A stretch of DNA of 45,553 nucleotides, taken from positions 1 through 45,553 of the forward strand of contig JBFWJG010000014.1 of assembly GCA_050253335.1 (NCBI GenBank), in the 5' to 3' direction. The translations under genes were made by a program, and so were the position numbers. Shown one piece after another: positions 38,974-45,553 of this stretch. The stretch's first letter is position 1; the number at the start of each line of letters is the position of its first letter. This stretch comes from Deferribacterales bacterium (GTDB lineage Bacteria; Chrysiogenota; Deferribacteres; Deferribacterales; Geovibrionaceae). The notes under the pieces were generated by a model. The model worked only from the letters and a program-made list of their open reading frames with translations, was not told the DNA's origin and did no database searches.

Positions 38974-39332
38974 AGGATATTATTTTTCAGATGGCTGAAA
39001 AGACGGACGACGGAATAATGTATGTGACCGCTGACGGAAATATCGCTTACTGGAACAGGGGATGCGAGAGGATTTTCGGTTTCTCGGCCGCTGAGGCGGC
39101 GGGAGCGAACCTTGATATTATCATCCCCGAAAAACACAGAAAAAGGCACTGGGACGGTTTTCACAAGGTTCTGGAAACCGGCCGCACAGCCTATTCCGGC
39201 AAGATGCTCAAAGTTCCCGCCATAAGAAAGGACGGGGAAAAGCTCATAATCGAATTCAGTATGCAGATTATTGAACAGGAAGGAAAAAACGCAGGGTTTA
39301 CGGCTATTGTCAGGGATGTTGCACAGAAATAA
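38970..39332 (+). CDS. Stand-alone PAS domain protein (FixL-like heme PAS possible)
   Basis: IAYWNRGCERIFGFS, LDIIIP..RH, RKDG and IVRDV; ATGA overlap with narK. Confidence 0.85.
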   Translation: MKDIIFQMAEKTDDGIMYVTADGNIAYWNRGCERIFGFSAAEAAGANLDIIIPEKHRKRHWDGFHKVLETGRTAYSGKMLKVPAIRKDGEKLIIEFSMQIIEQEGKNAGFTAIVRDVAQK

Positions 39333-39335
39333 AGA

Positions 39336-39367
39336 AAAAAGCGGGCGGAAAAGCCCGCCCGCTTTTT
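39336..39367. terminator. Bidirectional Rho-independent terminator between the nar operon and the tRNA
   Basis: AAAAAGCGGGCGG-AAAAGC-CCGCCCGCTTTTT. Confidence 0.88.
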
Positions 39368-39370
39368 AAA

Positions 39371-39444
39371 CGCCCTCGACATGATTCGAACATGTGGCCT
39401 ATTGATTAGGAATCAATCGCTCTATCCTCCTGAGCTACGAGGGC
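39371..39444 (-). tRNA. tRNA-Arg(CCT), CCA not encoded
   Basis: The reverse complement folds as GCCCTCG/CGAGGGC acceptor stem, GCTC/GAGC D-stem, ATTGA-TTCCTAA-TCAAT anticodon arm and ACATG-TTCGAAT-CATGT T-arm, with discriminator G. Confidence 0.96.
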
Positions 39445-39454
39445 GTGAGAAAAA

Positions 39455-39483
39455 CTTCTATAACAAGGCAAAATCATTGTCAA
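39455..39483 (-). promoter_or_regulatory. Putative promoter of tRNA-Arg
   Basis: Minus-strand TTGACA (39483-39478) followed by TGT-TATAGA close to the tRNA 5' end. Confidence 0.5.
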
Positions 39484-39649
39484 GAAATAATACCGCAAGG
39501 GGGATATTTTGCGCCAGAGAGACGAAATAATGATGAATAATGATAAAATGACACGTAATTCACAGCTTCTAACTATGTCTTTTTTTTCAGAGGCTTAGGC
39601 CATACTTATCTTGCGCATGACACCTTCGGCGTGCTATTATTCAGGCATT

Positions 39650-40438
39650 ATGGGAGAAATAATAACCTTCGCGAATAAAAAAGGAGGGAGCGGAAAAACT
39701 TCCGCTGTTCTTAACATAGGCGCGGCGGCAGGGAGCAGGGGGAAAAAGATCCTTCTGATCGACCTTGACCCGCAGGCGCATCTCTCCTACTGGTCCGGCG
39801 TTAACACCTATGACACCTACCCCAATATCTACGGCGCGGTGCTGGGTGAATATTCCGCCGATGACGCTCTTTTTAAGCCCTCCCACGGGCTTTATGACAT
39901 TATCCCTGCCTCCACGGGCTTCTCTCACCATGATCTGCGCAGGCTCCTTGACGGAGTAAGCGTGGAGGCGAAGCTCGCAAAGTGTCTTTTAAAAATCAGG
40001 GAAAGATACGACTATATCTTCATAGACACGCCCCCGACCGTGGCGGTGCTTACGCTGAATGCCCTTGTGGCTTCCAGATTCGTGCTTATTCCCGTTCTTC
40101 TGAACTTTCTTGCCATTGAAGGTCTGGCGCAGCTTGCCCAGAACATTTACCGCATAAACATGGCGCACAATCCTGATCTTCGGATTATGGGCATCATCCC
40201 CAACCAGCACGACATCAGGAGCAACCATGCCAAAAAGGTCATGAAGGAGCTTTACGAGAACTTCGGCGAGGATATGGTCACCCCCAGAGTCAGGAGCGAT
40301 GTCAAAATAGCCGAGGCTCCGGAGGCAAGGCTCCCCATAAATCTTTACGCTCCGGCAAGCAGAGGAGCTATGGATTTCAGCATTCTGACCGATTACATCC
40401 TCAGCAAAGTCGAGGAGGAAGCGGGAGTGAAGAAATGA
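39650..40438 (+). CDS. ParA/Soj-family ATPase (orphan, chemosensory-operon type)
   Basis: Deviant Walker A NKKGGSGKT, LLIDLDPQA and YDYIFIDTPP; no parB follows. The probable start is ATG 39650, preceded by TG-C-TATTAT and no SD. Confidence 0.9.
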   Translation: MGEIITFANKKGGSGKTSAVLNIGAAAGSRGKKILLIDLDPQAHLSYWSGVNTYDTYPNIYGAVLGEYSADDALFKPSHGLYDIIPASTGFSHHDLRRLLDGVSVEAKLAKCLLKIRERYDYIFIDTPPTVAVLTLNALVASRFVLIPVLLNFLAIEGLAQLAQNIYRINMAHNPDLRIMGIIPNQHDIRSNHAKKVMKELYENFGEDMVTPRVRSDVKIAEAPEARLPINLYAPASRGAMDFSILTDYILSKVEEEAGVKK

Positions 40439-41934
40439 AACGCTGCGTGGGTATAGATTTCGGAACCAGCAATTCCATGATAGCCGTCTGCAGGGACGGC
40501 GGAACAATAGATATTATAAGCTCTGAAAGCGGCAAGAGGTATCTGCCGTCCGTTATATATTTCAAAAACGGAAACGAAGCCGTGATAGGGGACAACGCAA
40601 AAAGCATGCAGCTTCTGGAGTCCGAACACACTATTGCGAATATCAAGAGATACATGGGGACAGACATGAAGTTCCCGCTCTACGGAAGGGAGTACAGGGC
40701 TGAGGAGCTTGCCTCGCTTATTTTCCGCAAGCTTAAAAAAAGCTTCGAGGATTACTCCGGCGAGAAGGAGGCGGACGCGGTTGTCACTGTTCCCGCTTAT
40801 TTCGATCATTACCAGAGGGAGGCTGTGCGCTCCGCCGCCGAGAATGCGGGGTTCAATGTTCTGCGTCTTCTGAACGAGCCCACATCAGCCGCTCTTTTTT
40901 ATAATAACATAGGCAAAAACACAGGCGATGTCTGCATGGTTTTTGACCTTGGAGGAGGCACGCTGGACATAAGCCTCATCGAGATGAAGGCGGACTGCTG
41001 CAAGGTTCTTTTCACAGGCGGCTCCACCGAAATCGGCGGAGTGGATTTTGATGTTATGGTTGCGGAGTATTTCATTGAAAACTTCCGCAGACAGCACGGG
41101 ATAGACCTTAAAAGCGACCCCATAGCCTATCAGCAGCTTCTTTTTCAGGCTGAGAAAGCAAAGATGGAGCTTTCCTCCCTGAACGAGGTGAATCTGGTTG
41201 TGCCTTATATCACTGTCACCAAAAAAGGCGCCCTGCATTTCAAGGAAACAATCACCAGGGAAACATTTGACAAAATCACAGCCCCCCTCACAAAGGGGAT
41301 AAAAAGCATAATAGACAGCCTGCTTGAATCAAACGGGCTTAAAGTCGAAGATATCGCAAAGGTTCTCCCCGTTGGCGGGGCATCCCGAATTCACAGCGTC
41401 CGCAGGCTTATAGCCGATATTTTCGGGGACAGGGTGAGGAAAGACATGAATCCGGAGGAGGCCGTAGTGAGCGGCGCCGCGGTGAACGCTGCAATGCTTT
41501 CCGGTCTGATGAACGACAAGGTTTTTCATGATGTAACCTCGCACAATCTGGGCATAGAGGATGATGACGGAAACTTCGAAGTAATCTTAAAGAAAAACGA
41601 AGTTTACCCTGTTGAGTTCAGCATGGTTTTCACCACTTCAGAGCCCGAAAGGAAAAATATTACTGTTCATATTCTGCAGGATATGGCAAAATCGTCACTA
41701 AACACAGGGGATTCCGTTGCTGAGAATCCCGAGCATTTCGTCAGTCTGGGCAGATTTTCAGTTGATATAGACATACCGGACGGCGGGGAACCTTTAATTG
41801 ATATTTCATTCATGATCGATGAAAGCGGAATCATAAGCGTTAAGGCGAAGGATGTCCGCTCGGAAAAAGAGACAGACTTCACACTCAGACTGAAAATTGA
41901 AAATGAGATTTTGAATACATTGGAAATATTCTGA
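40435..41934 (+). CDS. Hsp70/DnaK-family protein lacking the C-terminal helical lid
   Basis: [39 protein letters not shown] and NPEEAV, plus an SBD-beta-like region; ends at 499 aa. Confidence 0.9.
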   Translation: MKRCVGIDFGTSNSMIAVCRDGGTIDIISSESGKRYLPSVIYFKNGNEAVIGDNAKSMQLLESEHTIANIKRYMGTDMKFPLYGREYRAEELASLIFRKLKKSFEDYSGEKEADAVVTVPAYFDHYQREAVRSAAENAGFNVLRLLNEPTSAALFYNNIGKNTGDVCMVFDLGGGTLDISLIEMKADCCKVLFTGGSTEIGGVDFDVMVAEYFIENFRRQHGIDLKSDPIAYQQLLFQAEKAKMELSSLNEVNLVVPYITVTKKGALHFKETITRETFDKITAPLTKGIKSIIDSLLESNGLKVEDIAKVLPVGGASRIHSVRRLIADIFGDRVRKDMNPEEAVVSGAAVNAAMLSGLMNDKVFHDVTSHNLGIEDDDGNFEVILKKNEVYPVEFSMVFTTSEPERKNITVHILQDMAKSSLNTGDSVAENPEHFVSLGRFSVDIDIPDGGEPLIDISFMIDESGIISVKAKDVRSEKETDFTLRLKIENEILNTLEIF

Positions 41935-41953
41935 GATTATTCGGAGGAAAGCT

Positions 41954-44194
41954 ATGAAAAAACTGGCAAAGCCGTCAAGCCTTGAAGGCAGAACCGGGCT
42001 TGTGAAAAAAGAGGGAGTAGAGCTTCAGAAAAAAAGGGATGAAGCTAAGAGAACCGCCGCAGAAAAAGCGCGCACAAGAACCCTTGCCAAACAGCAGGCA
42101 AATGCGGAAAGGCTCGCCACCGCTTCTGAAGAGATGGCTTCCGCCATTGAACAGTCAAGCAGTGCGGCTAATCAGCTCGGAGACGCCATGGTTCAGGTCA
42201 CCGTGGCTTCGGCTCAGGTAAGCAGAACCTCCGAAAACATCAAGAACGAAACAGTTCAGCTTGAGCAGATAAGCCGCAAGGTTTATGACAACTCAAACAA
42301 GTACGACGTGGCTATCACCAAAATGAACGACCGCGTGGAAAATACCGTGGGAGCCGTCAAGGAGCTCAGGGAAAGCGTTGACAACACCACCAACAAGGTT
42401 GTCGAATCCACCTCCCTCGTGGAACAGCTTAAAGAAAAAGCAGGCTCCATTGAGCAGATAGTTCAGGTTGTTAAAAAGATAGCCGACCAGACAAACCTTC
42501 TGGCGCTGAACGCCGCAATCGAAGCCGCCAGAGCCGGAGAACACGGCAAAGGCTTTGCCGTTGTGGCGGATGAGGTGAGAACCCTTGCGGAAGTGTCTGA
42601 AGGCGCGGCAAAGGATATCAAGATCGTAATAGATTCCTCCCTTGAACAGGTCAGTCGTGTGGTGGAGAAAGTTACCGCATTTACCAAAGGCTCAAAAACA
42701 AACCTTTTCAAGGCAGACTTCATAAGCAACAAATGCGTTTCCATTAATGACGCCACAAAAATAATGCGTGAGCAGGTGGGCAAAATCAAGAAGGATTCCG
42801 AAAGCATCTGCATAGAATCCGGCAAGTCCCTTGATATTGTAAACCGCCTCGCCGCCGCCACGGAGCAGAACGCCACAGCCTCCGAAGAGGTAAGTAAATT
42901 CACCGAGGAACAGGCGAAGGCCTTTGCCGAGCTCACCGCCGCCGCCAATGAGATTGCGGAAATGTCTGAGGAGCTTAAAAACTCCACGGATATGTCAAAA
43001 TCATCCGAGGAAGTCGCCGCCGCCGCTGAGGAGCTTTCCGCAACGATCGAAGAGCTCAACGCCTCCGCGGAAGAGATACAGAAAGCGATAGACCAGATAG
43101 ATACAGGTACTCAGGAAATGGGTGAGGAACTCGGCGGAATAAAGCACGAGTTCAACACCATGCAGAAACTTCTGGACGAAGGGAACGAGTGCTGGGCGGT
43201 CATGATGGTTGAGGGTGAGAAAATCCTTGTGGAACTTGAGGAAATTAAAGCTCTTGACCATATCGTGTTCATAAACCAGCTTCAGGAAGCGCTGAACAAC
43301 AATACCCCGTTTGAAGGCCAGCTCGACCCCACAAAATGTGCCTTCGGCGCATGGTATCTCACTTACAAGCCCCACGACCATGATGAGGAAAAATGCTATC
43401 ACTCCATCCGTGAGCCTCACAACCACGTGCACCTCGGAGCGGCTGAGATAGTCCGCCTCATGCAAGAGGGCAAACTCGGCGAAGCCAGAGAGGTTTTCAA
43501 ACTCAAGGTTCTTCCGGGCGTGGACGGTTTCAAGAAGGAATACAGAGGCTTTCATAACGGTATTGAGCTTGTGGCGCTGGGCTTTGTAAAAAGCGTGGAG
43601 AGCATCAGGGAAATAAGCTCTGAAGTTAAACAGCTTTATAAATCATTCAGCAACATAAAGAAAATTGTAGATACAATAAACAACGTCGCCATACAGACAA
43701 ACATGCTCGCTGTTAACGGCAGCATTGAAGCCGCACGCTCCGGCGAATTCGGCAGGGGTTTCTCCGTGGTTGCCTCCGACATCCGCTCGCTTGCCAGCGA
43801 ATCCGCAGACAACGCCGACAAAATGAAGGACATTCTTGAAGAGATGTACGAGCAGACGGACAATTTCCAGACCGAACTTCAGGAAATAGGCCAGCTTATC
43901 CGTGTTCAGATAGAGAAGTCCGAAGTGGCAGTCGTCAACCTTATCGAGACAGTCAGACTCAGGACTGCCGCCGCTGAAACCCGCAGGGTTTCACAGGCGT
44001 TCTTTGAGGAGGGCGGTCTCATGGTTTCCAGAGTCAACTCAGCGTGCAACGAAAGCCTTGAGGTAGCGGAGAAGCTCAGAAAACTCACCGACGAGGCGAA
44101 ACTCGCCGCTGATGAGCAGGTGAAAGGGCTTAACGAAATAGCCGCCGCCGCTGAAGAGGTTGCTTCTCTCGCAGACGAAATGCAGGCTTACTGA
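41954..44194 (+). CDS. Cytoplasmic chemoreceptor with two signalling tips (DosM-like) and an inserted CZB zinc-binding domain
   Basis: No TM. Tip 1 is [30 protein letters not shown] and tip 2 is [33 protein letters not shown] motifs [13 protein letters not shown] and PHNHVH. Confidence 0.9.
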   Translation: MKKLAKPSSLEGRTGLVKKEGVELQKKRDEAKRTAAEKARTRTLAKQQANAERLATASEEMASAIEQSSSAANQLGDAMVQVTVASAQVSRTSENIKNETVQLEQISRKVYDNSNKYDVAITKMNDRVENTVGAVKELRESVDNTTNKVVESTSLVEQLKEKAGSIEQIVQVVKKIADQTNLLALNAAIEAARAGEHGKGFAVVADEVRTLAEVSEGAAKDIKIVIDSSLEQVSRVVEKVTAFTKGSKTNLFKADFISNKCVSINDATKIMREQVGKIKKDSESICIESGKSLDIVNRLAAATEQNATASEEVSKFTEEQAKAFAELTAAANEIAEMSEELKNSTDMSKSSEEVAAAAEELSATIEELNASAEEIQKAIDQIDTGTQEMGEELGGIKHEFNTMQKLLDEGNECWAVMMVEGEKILVELEEIKALDHIVFINQLQEALNNNTPFEGQLDPTKCAFGAWYLTYKPHDHDEEKCYHSIREPHNHVHLGAAEIVRLMQEGKLGEAREVFKLKVLPGVDGFKKEYRGFHNGIELVALGFVKSVESIREISSEVKQLYKSFSNIKKIVDTINNVAIQTNMLAVNGSIEAARSGEFGRGFSVVASDIRSLASESADNADKMKDILEEMYEQTDNFQTELQEIGQLIRVQIEKSEVAVVNLIETVRLRTAAAETRRVSQAFFEEGGLMVSRVNSACNESLEVAEKLRKLTDEAKLAADEQVKGLNEIAAAAEEVASLADEMQAY

Positions 44195-44211
44195 TTTTTT
44201 AAGGAGCGTAC

Positions 44212-45553
44212 ATGGCTGAAATGAGCCCCGCAGCGGCATTAAACGGGGCGGAGCATTCTGATAAAAAGTATGTTTCGTTTACCGTAGGTTCGGAATATTT
44301 CGGAATACCCATAGATGAGGTGAGGCAGATTATACGCCTGCCGAGGGTCACCCGTGTGCCCAAGATGCCTGTTTTTGTTTTGGGCATAAGCAACCTCAGG
44401 GGGAGCGTTTTGCCCGTTCTTGATCTTTCCCTGAGACTCGGATACCCGAACCCCTGTGTCCATGGTGAGGACACAAGGGTGATTGTCACAGAGAAAGGCG
44501 GGTTTGAGATAGGCTTCGTGGTTGAATCGGTCAGCGAAGTGAAGTCCACCGAGACCGGCTCTTATGAAGAGATGCCCGAAATGCTTAACAGCGGGGCTGA
44601 CAGAAAGTTTATCTCCGGTGTTCTCAAGATGCGCACAAAGGACGGCATAAGGCTGGTTCAGGTTCTGGATTCCAGAGAACTTGTCAATATAGCCGAGATT
44701 CAGCGCAGTGTTGATGATTCATCCGCCCAGAGGGGCTTTGCGATGAAGGCCGATTCCTCCGAGCGTGAAACCTCGGACTACAGGCGCTTCATAAGCTTTG
44801 AGATAGACGGCCACGGCTACGCCATAGAAATTCACAGGATCAATGAGATAATCCGTCTCCCTGATTTTGTCGCCGTTCCCGGGCTGGAAAGCTATGTAAT
44901 GGGAATTTTCTCTCTCAGGGAAAAAGTTATCCCCCTTATGTCGCTTCACAGGAAGTTCGGCAAGAAGGAACGGCCGGATACGGAAGATACAAGGGTTGTC
45001 ATCATAGAGATAGAGAAAACGCTTGTGGGATTTATCGCAGACAGGGTGAGCGAAGTGCTCAGCGTGCCCGAATCCTCCATAGAGGAACCGCCCAAGGTTT
45101 TTGCCGAGTCCGGTTCCGAGATTGCCTCAATCATCAAGGCGGAAGAAGGGGAAAGGCTCGTTATGATTCTGGAAAGCGATAACCTGCTTCAGGCAAAAGA
45201 GGTGGAAGCCCTCAGAAAGCTTGCCCAGCAGGAAGGAGGAAGTTTTTCCATGAATGAAGCATCAGCCTCCGCAGATGAGGAAAAACAGATAGTCACATTC
45301 ACAATTGAGGATGAGGAATACGGAATCTTTATAGAAAAGGTTCAGGAAATCAACAGATACATAAACGTGACGAAAGTGCCAAAGACTCCGGCCTTCGTGG
45401 AGGGGATAGTAAACCTCAGAGGCGAGGTTATTCCTCTCATAGATTTAAGAAAGAGGTTTGAGCTCCCCGTCAGGGAAAAGGACGAGTTCACAAGAGTGAT
45501 AATAGTTAATCTCGCCAGTGTCCGTGTGGGCTTTGTGGTGGAAGATCGGAAGA
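44212..45553 (+). CDS. cheW: Triple-domain CheW, 3'-truncated (absent from the ORF track)
   Basis: Manual translation from AAGGAG-ATG 44212 gives three CheW repeats: YVSFTVGSEYFGIPI..GISNLRGSVLP, FISFEIDGHGYAIEI..GIFSLREKVIP and IVTFTIEDEEYGIFI..GIVNLRGEVIP. Confidence 0.9.
   Translation, partial: MAEMSPAAALNGAEHSDKKYVSFTVGSEYFGIPIDEVRQIIRLPRVTRVPKMPVFVLGISNLRGSVLPVLDLSLRLGYPNPCVHGEDTRVIVTEKGGFEIGFVVESVSEVKSTETGSYEEMPEMLNSGADRKFISGVLKMRTKDGIRLVQVLDSRELVNIAEIQRSVDDSSAQRGFAMKADSSERETSDYRRFISFEIDGHGYAIEIHRINEIIRLPDFVAVPGLESYVMGIFSLREKVIPLMSLHRKFGKKERPDTEDTRVVIIEIEKTLVGFIADRVSEVLSVPESSIEEPPKVFAESGSEIASIIKAEEGERLVMILESDNLLQAKEVEALRKLAQQEGGSFSMNEASASADEEKQIVTFTIEDEEYGIFIEKVQEINRYINVTKVPKTPAFVEGIVNLRGEVIPLIDLRKRFELPVREKDEFTRVIIVNLASVRVGFVVEDRK
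45543..45553 (+). other. Probable Illumina adapter remnant at the sequence end
   Basis: The terminal AGATCGGAAGA equals the first 11 nt of the TruSeq adapter AGATCGGAAGAGC. Confidence 0.85.

Noticed and set aside
39371..39444. tRNA-Arg as an integration site for the nar or TonB blocks
   Set aside because: There is no integrase or transposase in the window, and I saw no second copy of the tRNA 3' end by eye.
39650..40438. Chromosome or plasmid partition locus
   Set aside because: No parB, parS palindrome or rep gene is visible, and the context is chemosensory.
40435..41934. Housekeeping dnaK or a dnaK pseudogene
   Set aside because: It is too short, has no grpE/dnaJ/hrcA context, and the frame is intact with catalytic residues. 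The next gene starts 19 nt later, so there is no frameshifted lid remnant.
499..45137. Numerous short minus-strand and alternate-frame ORFs in the track (e.g. 6564-7193, 28782-29414, 35863-36525, 42463-43059)
   Set aside because: They lie within well-supported + strand genes, have no recognisable motifs and read like antisense shadows.
1..45553. CRISPR arrays, IS elements, prophage or defence genes, selenocysteine read-through
   Set aside because: No spaced repeat arrays, transposases or phage genes were seen, and no redox gene is interrupted by an in-frame TGA.

Overview
This is a gene-dense bacterial window in which every convincing CDS is on the + strand. The gene content suggests an anaerobic, respiring diderm; a Deferribacterales-like origin is my impression and cannot be proven from the sequence. 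There are five blocks. (1) 1-6470: a 5'-truncated DMSO-reductase-family molybdoenzyme (DmsA/DmsB-like, no DmsC visible), followed by a radical SAM / TorD-DmsD / polyferredoxin cassette. (2) 6540-8914: an MFS transporter, flavodoxin plus a DUF2023-like gene, and a structured 3' region that may be an sRNA. (3) 9120-30899: a tightly coupled 16-gene, about 21.8 kb operon encoding a large lipoprotein, a YddB/FusA-like TonB-dependent receptor, an atypical ABC module with a DUF4857-like protein, a TtpC-type TonB motor, a PqqL/FusC-like M16 protease and a YejABEF-like peptide ABC importer. It looks like a complete import-digest-absorb machine for proteins. (4) 31086-39332: a cytochrome c-narGHJI-narK-PAS operon with an FNR/CRP box, then a convergent tRNA-Arg(CCT). 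(5) 39650-end: the start of an F9-like chemosensory operon (ParA, lidless Hsp70, DosM-like double-tip receptor with an inserted CZB domain, triple CheW). The last 11 nt match the Illumina adapter. The best candidates for undescribed biology are block 3, the ParA-Hsp70-CZB-DosM module, and the radical SAM cassette beside the molybdoenzyme. All family calls come from motif recognition; no database searches were run.
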